Shown here piece after piece: positions 1-6,911 of a DNA stretch of 15,249 nucleotides. Positions within the stretch are counted from its first letter, which is position 1. Every line of letters begins with the position of its first letter. The notes beneath the pieces are model-generated. The model had not been told where the DNA came from. It did no database searches and was given only the letters and a program-made list of their open reading frames with translations. Origin of the DNA: Chloroflexota bacterium (GTDB taxonomy: Bacteria; Chloroflexota; Dormibacteria; Dormibacterales; Dormibacteraceae); the NCBI GenBank assembly GCA_005880855.1, contig VBGM01000091.1:1-15249 (forward strand), written 5' to 3'. The translations under genes were made by a program, and so were the position numbers.

Positions 1-14
1 CCCGCGACGAGTGA
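1..14 (+). CDS. 3' end of an upstream ORF, probably fumarate reductase iron-sulfur subunit. Only the last codons ...R-D-E-stop are in the window.
   Basis: In-frame TGA at 12-14 overlaps the frdC GTG start at 11-13 (GTGA coupling). The frdABCD gene order makes frdB the expected upstream gene. Confidence 0.3.
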
Positions 15-439
15 CGGCGCCTCCAGACGGCGCTGAGGCTGCCGCCTCCGGGGGTGAAGCCACTCGCGTCTACAGGCCACAGATGCCGCGGGGGTGGTGG
101 CTGCGCCAGCGCCACTACTTCCTTTATATCGTTCGCGAGTTCACCGCGCTCCCGCTAGCGCTCTGGCTGCTCTGGCTGCTGTTCGAGATCCACCGCGCCG
201 CCGGCGGGCCGAAGCATTTCTACGCATCGGGGTCGCTTGCCTTCATCGCCTTCAGCGTCATCTGCCTCGGCTTCGCGCTGTACCACAGCTACACCTTCCT
301 CAGCCTTGCCGGGGTGATCATCAATATCAAGGTGGCGGGCAAGCCGGTGCCGTCGCGCATCATCGTCCTGTCGCAGTTCGCCGCGTGGTTTGCGGCCTCG
401 ATCTTGATCGCCGCGGTCCTCATCGGGTTCGCAAGATGA
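11..439 (+). CDS. frdC: Fumarate reductase membrane anchor subunit C
   Basis: The 142-aa, 3-TM product aligns by eye with E. coli FrdC: ...YRPQMPRGWWLRQRHYFLYIVREFTALP versus ...[28 protein letters not shown]. GTG start at 11. The stop overlaps the frdD start (ATGA). Confidence 0.8.
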   Translation: MTAPPDGAEAAASGGEATRVYRPQMPRGWWLRQRHYFLYIVREFTALPLALWLLWLLFEIHRAAGGPKHFYASGSLAFIAFSVICLGFALYHSYTFLSLAGVIINIKVAGKPVPSRIIVLSQFAAWFAASILIAAVLIGFAR

Positions 440-834
440 ACCACGACACCGAGCACGTCCAGAAGCCGGCGGTCGCTCACCTGATCTGGTGGTTTCTGTT
501 CGCGCAAGGCGGTGTGATCGCCGCGATCCTCCTTCCCGTCCACATCCTGGTCCAGGGCATTCTTGGGCCGCTCGGGATCGTCCGTGTGGTCGACCGCAAC
601 TACGACACCTGGGCCACTGTGGTCGGGAACCCGATCGTCAAGCTCTACCTGCTCGTGCTGATCGCGCTGCCGTTTTTCCACTTCGCGCACCGGTTGCGGT
701 ATCTGCTGGTCGACCTTGGACTACCTGCCGCGAGGTCGTTGCCGGCCCAGGTGATCTTTTACGGCGCCGCCATCGTTGTGACGCTGGTCACGATCTGGAT
801 TCTGCTCACCACCGTTCCGATCTCGTTCGGATGA
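436..834 (+). CDS. frdD: Fumarate reductase membrane anchor subunit D
   Basis: The 132-aa product starts at the internal M (aa 115) of track ORF 94..834. MNHDTEHVQKPAVAHLIWWFLFAQGGVIAAILLPVHILVQGIL aligns with E. coli FrdD ([29 protein letters not shown]). It has 3 TM helices and a 4-bp ATGA overlap with frdC. Confidence 0.8.
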   Translation: MNHDTEHVQKPAVAHLIWWFLFAQGGVIAAILLPVHILVQGILGPLGIVRVVDRNYDTWATVVGNPIVKLYLLVLIALPFFHFAHRLRYLLVDLGLPAARSLPAQVIFYGAAIVVTLVTIWILLTTVPISFG

Positions 835-841
835 TTGACGC

Positions 842-2203
842 GTGCCGCATGGCGCGCATCATGTACGAGGTTTGTTCACCGTCCGGCTGTTCCCGGCTCC
901 TGAGCTGGGCAACGCCAGCTTCCTGGTTGCGGATCCTGACGCTGGCGTCGCCGCCGTCATCGACCCCTTCCGCGACGTCGACGGCTACCTGACCCACGCG
1001 GAAGAGCACAACCTACGCGTGACGCTCGCGTTGGACACCCACCTGCACAACGATTTCTTGTCCGGATCGCGCGAGCTGGCAGCGTTGAGCGGCGCCGAGA
1101 TCGACCCCCTGCCGCCCGACGTCGAGGTGGAGCTGGGCGGCATGACGATTCGAGCGCTGCACACGCCGGGTCACACCCCCGACCACAAGAGCTACCTGAT
1201 TCTCGAAGGTGACCGTCCGGTGGCCCTCTTCTCCGGCGGTGCCGTAATGGTCGGCGCCATCGCCCGGACCGACCTCTTCGGGCCCCACCTGGCCATGCAC
1301 CTAGCGCTCGAAGCTCTGCGCACCCTCCAGGTCGACATCGCCGTTTATCCCACCCATGGAGGCGGCTCGTTCTGCGGCATCGGCGGCCAGAACGAACACG
1401 AGACCACCCTCGGCCGCGAGCGCGAGACGAACCCTTTCTTCCAGGCCACCGAGGTGATGCCGTTCCTGGCGCGTGCCCTCGACCAGCACCGCTACCCGGC
1501 CTATTACGCCGACATGGCCGGAATCAATCGCGAGGGCCTACCCCTGCTCGGCCGCCACCCGTCGCCGCCCGCCCGGCTCACCGCGGACGAGGTGGCGCTG
1601 CTGATGGAAAAGGGCGCCGCCGTCGTCGACGTCCGGCCCGGGGTCGAATACGACCGCGGCCACATCCCCGGCAGCTACAGCGTCGGTCTCGACGGAGGCC
1701 CATTCAGCGCGTGGGTGGGCTGGCTGGTGCCGCGGGATCGCAGTCTCGTTCTTGCGGGTGGCACGCACGCGCAGCACGTCGAGGCTCAACGGCAGCTGCA
1801 CCGCATCGGATTCGATGCCGTGGCCGGCGCGCTCGCCGGCGGGATGGACGCATGGCAGTCGAGCGGGCGAAAGCTGTCGACGTTCGAGACCGCCGACATC
1901 GAGGACCTCGCCGGCTGGATCCTGAGCGGTGAGGTGATGACGGTCCTGGACGCCCGCGACGATCACGAATGGGCGGCCGGGCATGCACCCGGAGCGGTGC
2001 ACATGTATGTACCGGACATCCCGCATCACGCCGCCGAGATTCCGCGCGAGGCGCCGGTCGCGGTGCATTGCGGCGTTGGCTATCGCGCCGGAATCGCCGC
2101 CAGTCTCCTGGAGCAGGCGGGCCTGAAACGCATCATTCACGTCAACGCGCCGTACGAAGACTGGGCGGCCCGCTTGCATCTGGCGGAAACGATCCCAACC
2201 TAG
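842..2203 (+). CDS. Metallo-beta-lactamase-fold metallo-hydrolase fused to tandem rhodanese domains (CstB-like persulfide dioxygenase/sulfurtransferase architecture)
   Basis: GTG start 7 nt after the frdD stop. N-terminal domain has beta-lactamase-fold motifs: THLHNDF (variant of HxHxDH), HTPGHTPDH and YPTHGG. The first rhodanese domain (aa ~245-345) has no active-site Cys. The second (aa ~350-450) has the catalytic loop VHCGVGYRAG. Confidence 0.8.
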   Translation: MPHGAHHVRGLFTVRLFPAPELGNASFLVADPDAGVAAVIDPFRDVDGYLTHAEEHNLRVTLALDTHLHNDFLSGSRELAALSGAEIDPLPPDVEVELGGMTIRALHTPGHTPDHKSYLILEGDRPVALFSGGAVMVGAIARTDLFGPHLAMHLALEALRTLQVDIAVYPTHGGGSFCGIGGQNEHETTLGRERETNPFFQATEVMPFLARALDQHRYPAYYADMAGINREGLPLLGRHPSPPARLTADEVALLMEKGAAVVDVRPGVEYDRGHIPGSYSVGLDGGPFSAWVGWLVPRDRSLVLAGGTHAQHVEAQRQLHRIGFDAVAGALAGGMDAWQSSGRKLSTFETADIEDLAGWILSGEVMTVLDARDDHEWAAGHAPGAVHMYVPDIPHHAAEIPREAPVAVHCGVGYRAGIAASLLEQAGLKRIIHVNAPYEDWAARLHLAETIPT

Positions 2204-2250
2204 GAGTCCGCGCATACCGCACGCGTGACGCCAAAGAGGCGGAATGCAGC

Positions 2251-2279
2251 GGGCGCTAGCGCTCTTTTGGGTCCAAAAG
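2251..2279. terminator. Candidate intrinsic terminator between convergent genes. A GC hairpin GGGCGC-TA-GCGCTC is followed by TTTTGGG and overlaps a second hairpin CTTTTGG-GT-CCAAAAG.
   Basis: Inverted repeats read directly in the 89-nt convergent intergenic region 2204-2292. A T-tract follows the GC stem on the plus strand. Confidence 0.3.
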
Positions 2280-2292
2280 TGCGGAATCCGTG

Positions 2293-3582
2293 CTACGCGT
2301 CGGTGACGGCGGCCTCCAGCAGCGCGGCGAACTTGCGCTGCGCCGCGGCCTTGCGTGTGGGCACGTGCTCGCGGGGCCACATCCCCTTGGGCGGCTGATA
2401 GCCCGCCAGGACCTGGCGCGCCACTGACACGCGGTGAACCTCGTCGGGACCGTCGTACATGCGCGCGGCACGCGCGTGCCGGTACATCTCCTCGAGGGGC
2501 AGGTCGGACGAGTAGCCGAGCGACCCGTGGACCTGGATCGCGCGGTCGATCACGTCATGCAGGACCTTGGCGCCGAAGAACTTGATCATCGAGATCTCTT
2601 TGCGTGCGGCCGCCGCGCCCTCGGTGTCGATGACCCACGCGGCGTGCAAGGTCATGAGGCGCGCGGCCTGCATCTCGGCTGCCGAGTCGGCGATCCAGTT
2701 CTGTACAGACTCGTGGCCCGCGAGCTTCTTCCCGAACGCCTCACGCTGCAGTGACCGCTCGCACAGCATGTCGAATGCGCGCCTCGCCTGGCCCAGCCAC
2801 CGCATGCAGTGATGGATGCGACCCGGCCCTAGGCGCGCCTGCGCGATCAGGAAGCCCTGGCCGCGCTCGCCGATCAGGTTGTCCTTGGGCACGCGCACGT
2901 CCTCGTAGAGGATTTCGGAATGGCCGTAGCCGAATCGCTCGTGCTCGCCCGCCATGGTGGGAATGTTGCGCAGCTTCTTCAAGCCTGGCGCATCGCCCGG
3001 CACGATGATCATCGACGCGCGCTCGTACGCGTCCGCCTGCGGCTCCGTCACCACCATCGCGATCAGGAAGTCCGCGATCATCCCGTTCGACGTGAACCAC
3101 TTGTGACCGTTGATCACCCATTCGTCGCCATCGAGAACAGCGGTCGTCGACAGCAGCGTGGGATCGGAGCCGGCGGTGTTGGGTTCGGTCATCGAGAACG
3201 CCGACCGGATCTGGCCGTCGAGCAACGGGCGGAGCCAGCGCTTCTTCTGCTCTTCGCTACCGAATTGAGCGAGGACCTCCGAGTTGCCCGAGTCGGGGGC
3301 CTGGTTGCCAAAGACGATCGGCGCCCACACGGTGGCGCCTACGATCTCGTGCATCAGGCCGAGCTTTACCTGTCCATAGCCTTGGCCGCCGAGGTCGGGC
3401 GGCAGGTGCGTCGCCCAGAGCTTCTGTTTCTTCACCTCCGCCTGCAGCGGCCGGATGGCGCGCATGAAGCCGGCTTCGTCGGTGTCCAGGACCTCGAGCG
3501 GGTACACCTCTTCGCGCACGAACCCGCGCATCCACTCGAGCTTTTTTTCGAATTCCGGCTCGGTCGAGAAGTCCCAGCCCAT
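2293..3582 (-). CDS. Acyl-CoA dehydrogenase family protein (ACAD10/ACAD11-like, LvaC-like)
   Basis: The 429-aa product has the dehydrogenase fold (…FSMTEPNTAGSDP…, …WVINGHKWFTSNG…, C-terminal MYDGPDEVHRVSVAR aligning with MCAD IYEGTSEIQRLIIAR). Strong ribosome-binding site AGGAGG 4 nt upstream of the ATG, overlapping the kinase stop. Confidence 0.85.
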   Translation of the reverse strand: MGWDFSTEPEFEKKLEWMRGFVREEVYPLEVLDTDEAGFMRAIRPLQAEVKKQKLWATHLPPDLGGQGYGQVKLGLMHEIVGATVWAPIVFGNQAPDSGNSEVLAQFGSEEQKKRWLRPLLDGQIRSAFSMTEPNTAGSDPTLLSTTAVLDGDEWVINGHKWFTSNGMIADFLIAMVVTEPQADAYERASMIIVPGDAPGLKKLRNIPTMAGEHERFGYGHSEILYEDVRVPKDNLIGERGQGFLIAQARLGPGRIHHCMRWLGQARRAFDMLCERSLQREAFGKKLAGHESVQNWIADSAAEMQAARLMTLHAAWVIDTEGAAAARKEISMIKFFGAKVLHDVIDRAIQVHGSLGYSSDLPLEEMYRHARAARMYDGPDEVHRVSVARQVLAGYQPPKGMWPREHVPTRKAAAQRKFAALLEAAVTDA

Positions 3583-3590
3583 GCCGCCTC

Positions 3591-4568
3591 CTAAGCGCCG
3601 CGCTCGATCACGGCGATGCCCTCGTCAATCATGCCCGTGATGGTATCCGTCAGGTGTTCGTACATGGGGTCCGGTCGCTTGCCGCGGCGGTGGAGCATGA
3701 GGTTGTAGCCGAATATCGAGGCGTACTTGTACAGGCTGAGCGCGAGGTACCAGCGCATCTCGCCCGCGTCGGCTCCGTAGAGGCGATAGAGATCTTCGAC
3801 CGCGACGTCGATCGCGCCACCGGGGTTGGGGGCGCCCTGGTACTGGCGCCGAACCGAGACGATGCACAGGCAACCGAGGTCGAGAAGCGGCTGGCCGATC
3901 TCTGCGATCTCCCAGTCCAGCACCGCCACGACCACGGGTCCGCTGAAGAGCATGTTTCCGTAGTGGTAGTCGCCGTGGACGAGCGTGGGCGGCCGTTCGG
4001 GTGGCACGTGCATCGCGAGCAGGCCGCCCAGCTCGCCGGCGCGAGCCGTCAGCTCTTCGGGGGCCCGCTGCATGAGCCACGCCCAACGCATCATCTCGGC
4101 CCGCAGGCTCACGGGCTCTTCGTCGCCGATGCCGGTGCGCTCGAGTGGCAGCGATTGCAGGTGTTTCAAGACCTCCACCGCCGACCTCGAGATCTCGAGC
4201 GGCTCTTGCTCAACTCCCGCCTTCTCGATACGCGTTCCTTCGATGGCCTCCATGAGCACGAACGGCCGATCGTCCACCACCCGATCTGGAGACAGCACGG
4301 GGATCGCCGGCGTGGGCAGGCCCGCATCGTGGAGCGCTGCCATGATGCGGCCCTGGCGGAGCACATCCGCCGGCCCAGCGATTCGCGCACCAGGAGGTGG
4401 AAGCCTGAGGACGTAGCGAACCGGTCCGCCGCCATCATCGAGCGTCACGAAATACGTGAATCCCGAATGACCTTCGGGAATCGGCTCCACCGAGGTGACC
4501 CGCAAGCTCGGTTTGTCCATGCGCTCGCGGCATGCAGCCTCGAGGTCTTCGCGAATGCGGGTGTTCAC
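3591..4568 (-). CDS. Phosphotransferase-family kinase (aminoglycoside-phosphotransferase/choline-kinase-like fold)
   Basis: The 325-aa product has the catalytic Brenner-type motif HGDYHYGNMLF and the metal-binding motif VLDWEIAEIG. Its GTG start overlaps the phosphatase stop (GTGA). Its stop lies 8 nt before the dehydrogenase start. Confidence 0.8.
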   Translation of the reverse strand: MNTRIREDLEAACRERMDKPSLRVTSVEPIPEGHSGFTYFVTLDDGGGPVRYVLRLPPPGARIAGPADVLRQGRIMAALHDAGLPTPAIPVLSPDRVVDDRPFVLMEAIEGTRIEKAGVEQEPLEISRSAVEVLKHLQSLPLERTGIGDEEPVSLRAEMMRWAWLMQRAPEELTARAGELGGLLAMHVPPERPPTLVHGDYHYGNMLFSGPVVVAVLDWEIAEIGQPLLDLGCLCIVSVRRQYQGAPNPGGAIDVAVEDLYRLYGADAGEMRWYLALSLYKYASIFGYNLMLHRRGKRPDPMYEHLTDTITGMIDEGIAVIERGA

Positions 4569-5005
4569 TCGAGGTGGGCGACATCGCCGAGCGTGCCGAG
4601 CATCTGCCGGTCGCCGAGCACGCGCACCATGCTGACCGATGTGTAGTACGGGAAGAAGCGCAGCTGACCAGGCTCGAGCCGGAGCACGTGTGTGAGATAC
4701 ATGATGATCGCGGCGCCGTGGGAGACGACGATCACGCGCTCGCCCGGATGGGACTGGGCGATATCGGAGATCGCGCCGCTCATGCGCTCGATGACATTGG
4801 CCGGCACCTCACGAAACTCGAACTCTCCGCCATCGCCAAGCGTCATCTCCATCTCAATGAGGCGATCATCGACGTGCACATCGTCCGAGATCGCCCGCGC
4901 GGTTTCGAGCGCGCGCCGATACGGGCTGGAGTACACGGCCGCCGGCTTCACCTCGCGCACTCGCTTCGCCAGACGGTCGGCCTGGTTGTGGCCGAGCGCG
5001 CTCAA
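4565..5005 (-). CDS. Histidine phosphatase (phosphoglycerate-mutase-like) family protein, N-terminally truncated and lacking the RHG catalytic motif. Possible pseudogene.
   Basis: The product (…SSPYRRALETA…VIVVSHGAAIIMYL…) matches the C-terminal two-thirds of histidine phosphatase family 1. The reading frame opens only at a TTG (5005). An in-frame TGA lies 11 codons upstream. No RHGE/S motif occurs in any frame of 5006-5130. Confidence 0.55.
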   Translation of the reverse strand: MSALGHNQADRLAKRVREVKPAAVYSSPYRRALETARAISDDVHVDDRLIEMEMTLGDGGEFEFREVPANVIERMSGAISDIAQSHPGERVIVVSHGAAIIMYLTHVLRLEPGQLRFFPYYTSVSMVRVLGDRQMLGTLGDVAHLE

Positions 5006-5131
5006 GGGCGGATCGGCGCCAGAGCCAGATCTCAGTCACGCCTTCGACGCCGATCAGGAATGCAGCCTCCAGAGATCGCATCGCCTCGGTCATTCGCTCC
5101 GATGGAGCCGCCACGGGTAACATTCGACCAC

Positions 5132-5638
5132 ATGCTTCGTGGAGCGGGCATCGTCGCCCTCATCGTCCTAGCAGCCTGCGGCGAGACATCGAACAAACCC
5201 GCGGCGTCGCCCAGCCCGGTTGTGGCGCAGGGGAGCTGGACGCAGAACCTCGACTTTGCCGGCGAGATCGCGGGCCACATGTCTGCGATCGTGCCCGACA
5301 TCGGCGACCAGAAAAGCCAATGCACCGGCGGTCGTACTCATAACGGGGAGACGTGGGCCGACTTTTTTTACGGCACCGTGGACTCTGGCGGCCAGGTGTG
5401 GGGGGTGGTGTTCCAGATCAATAACTTTCGTGGCCCCGGCACGTATCAGAACTCGGCCGTGACGATCGAGGTTCACAGCATCGACACGACCAAGGTGTGG
5501 CAGAGCCGCGGCAACGACACGGTGACGTTCACGCTGGACCGAAGTCAGCAGTCGGGAACGATCGATGCCATGTTGACCAATGCCGGCAGCGGCAAGAACA
5601 GCCTGCACCTGACCGGGCACTGGAACTGCAAGCAATAG
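5132..5638 (+). CDS. Secreted lipoprotein of unknown function (about 110-aa Cys-bracketed beta-rich domain)
   Basis: Starts at the internal ATG (aa 201) of track ORF 4532..5638. The N-terminus MLRGAGIVALIVLAACGETS is a signal peptide with lipobox LAAC. A conserved Cys pair (SQCTGG … GHWNCKQ) brackets the domain. The upstream 600 nt of the track ORF is antisense to the phosphatase gene. Confidence 0.65.
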   Translation: MLRGAGIVALIVLAACGETSNKPAASPSPVVAQGSWTQNLDFAGEIAGHMSAIVPDIGDQKSQCTGGRTHNGETWADFFYGTVDSGGQVWGVVFQINNFRGPGTYQNSAVTIEVHSIDTTKVWQSRGNDTVTFTLDRSQQSGTIDAMLTNAGSGKNSLHLTGHWNCKQ

Positions 5639-5801
5639 CGGGCCCTGAAAACCCAAAAGCCGCGACAAGCGTTGGATCAATATGTCGCCTTGCTCCTGGG
5701 CCTCCACCGCCGAACCACGGCCTTCCGCCAGCGTGGCCTTCACAACTCTTAACCGCCTAATCCTGAAGCAGCGGCGAATACGAGCCCTAGGCTGACCAAC
5801 C

Positions 5802-6677
5802 GTGAGCGTTGACGCGAGTCCTCCAATTCAACCCCCGCAGCTGTCGCCAGACGGCAAGTGGGTCTGGGACGGCGCCCAGTGGCAGCCGGTGGTCGGGGTC
5901 GATTCGGGTCGCGCCGCGGTGTTCCCCTCGTGGAACTCGATCGAAGTCCCGGCCGCGCAACCGGCGGTAGATGCTGTACCGCTTGCTGTCCAGTACGAGC
6001 CGGCTGCGCAGTACCAGCCGCCGGCGGTCGACTACTCGGATGCGGCGGCCGACGAGCCGATTGTTCAGCTCTGGAACCAGCCGAAGAAAGGCGGAAAGAC
6101 CGTCTTTCTGTATCCGGTGGCCGGGCTCGCGGTGCTCGTCATGGCGATGATGGTGCTCAACTCGGTCGGCTACATCCAGTTTCCATGGCACACCGCCGGG
6201 TCCGCGAGTCCTGCTGCGAACCACACCACCCCGCCCTCGCCAACGCCGGACTCCTCGGGCCCCGACTCGGAGCGCGCAGACCGATTCCTCAATGCGCTCG
6301 CGCCGGTGATTGCCACCATGGAGAAGACGGCTCCTGCACTGGACCAGCGCTGCTACAAGGCGTTGGTCAACAACTGCTACGACGCGATCGTTGCCGCCCA
6401 GCCACTCGTCAAGAACATCCTCGCCGCCATCAAGAATGGCGACGTGCCCAAATGCATTGCGACGCAGATCGCGTTCGTGCAGACCTCCGTTGCGCAAATG
6501 GACCAGCAGCTGCAGTTGGCGGTGACCGGTTTCAAGGACAGCAGCAGCGACGAGCTCTACACGGGGATTTATCGCTTCTGGACGTACCGCCGGAATATGG
6601 AATTGGGAATGATCTCGGCGAATCAGGCCAAGAAGAGCTGCCACACGATTGTGCTTCCGACCTGGGTGCCGTCGTAG
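5802..6677 (+). CDS. Membrane protein with an N-terminal DUF2510-like motif, a Pro/Ala-rich linker, one TM helix and a 4-Cys alpha-helical extracytoplasmic domain
   Basis: GTG start. The N-terminus LSPDGKWVWDGAQWQP resembles the actinobacterial DUF2510 motif (…RYWDGxxWT). TM helix VFLYPVAGLAVLVMAMMVL. C-terminal domain has 4 Cys (QRCYKALVNNCYDA…PKCIATQ…KSCHT). Confidence 0.7.
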   Translation: MSVDASPPIQPPQLSPDGKWVWDGAQWQPVVGVDSGRAAVFPSWNSIEVPAAQPAVDAVPLAVQYEPAAQYQPPAVDYSDAAADEPIVQLWNQPKKGGKTVFLYPVAGLAVLVMAMMVLNSVGYIQFPWHTAGSASPAANHTTPPSPTPDSSGPDSERADRFLNALAPVIATMEKTAPALDQRCYKALVNNCYDAIVAAQPLVKNILAAIKNGDVPKCIATQIAFVQTSVAQMDQQLQLAVTGFKDSSSDELYTGIYRFWTYRRNMELGMISANQAKKSCHTIVLPTWVPS

Positions 6678-6701
6678 GGTTTGGCCGGCTGGGGGGAAGC
6701 T

Positions 6702-6819
6702 AGTCCCCACACCGATCAAAAAGAGCCTCCGGCCGGCGTGGGATGCGAGTCCCACCACCGAACGCGGAGGCCCTGAGCCTGTGAAGGTCTACTGTTCGCG
6801 CCTCGGTCCCCACGCCGGA
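6702..6819. repeat. Three imperfect direct repeats, AGTCCCCACACCGA / AGTCCCACCACCGA / GGTCCCCACGCCGGA, in the 234-nt leader upstream of the ECF sigma gene. Each is flanked by complementary G-rich segments (potential hairpins).
   Basis: Read directly at about 6702-6715, 6748-6762 and 6805-6819. GTGGGA(6739)/TCCCAC(6750) and GGGGA(6692)/TCCCC(6703) can pair. Confidence 0.35.
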
Positions 6820-6911
6820 GGGCTGGCCCGATCATAGGCTCCCCCGGCGGGGCGTCAAGTCTTCGGAGCCCGGCCGGGACTTTTCGCGGGGCTGGTGGAT
6901 AGTACTGTCGA

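Noticed and set aside
1538-2380. 280-aa minus-strand ORF, plus the nested ORFs 1704..1988 and 1711..1932, overlapping the beta-lactamase-fold/rhodanese gene
   Set aside because: Antisense to a well-supported coding region. The translation is Arg/Pro/Gly-rich low complexity, typical of high-GC frame artefacts.
3654-4646. 330-aa plus-strand ORF antisense to the kinase gene, plus ORFs 3625..4086 and 3985..4416
   Set aside because: No motif. Arg-rich composition. Fully overlapped by the phosphotransferase-family gene, which has clear catalytic motifs.
4532-5131. N-terminal 200 aa of the 368-aa plus-strand track ORF
   Set aside because: This part is antisense to the histidine phosphatase gene. 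The real gene is the lipoprotein starting at the internal ATG 5132, where a signal peptide with lipobox appears.
5639-5801. Possible promoter (TTGGAT…CAATAT) or small RNA in the 163-nt spacer before the DUF2510-like gene
   Set aside because: Hexamer spacing does not fit sigma-70 geometry and no convincing hairpin is present. Only a weak GGCCTTC direct repeat. Not enough to call.
5787-6758. 323-aa minus-strand ORF and the 5858..6703 plus-strand alternate frame over the DUF2510-like membrane protein gene
   Set aside because: Both are Arg/Gly-rich and have no motifs. The plus-frame product at 5802 has coherent TM and domain organisation.
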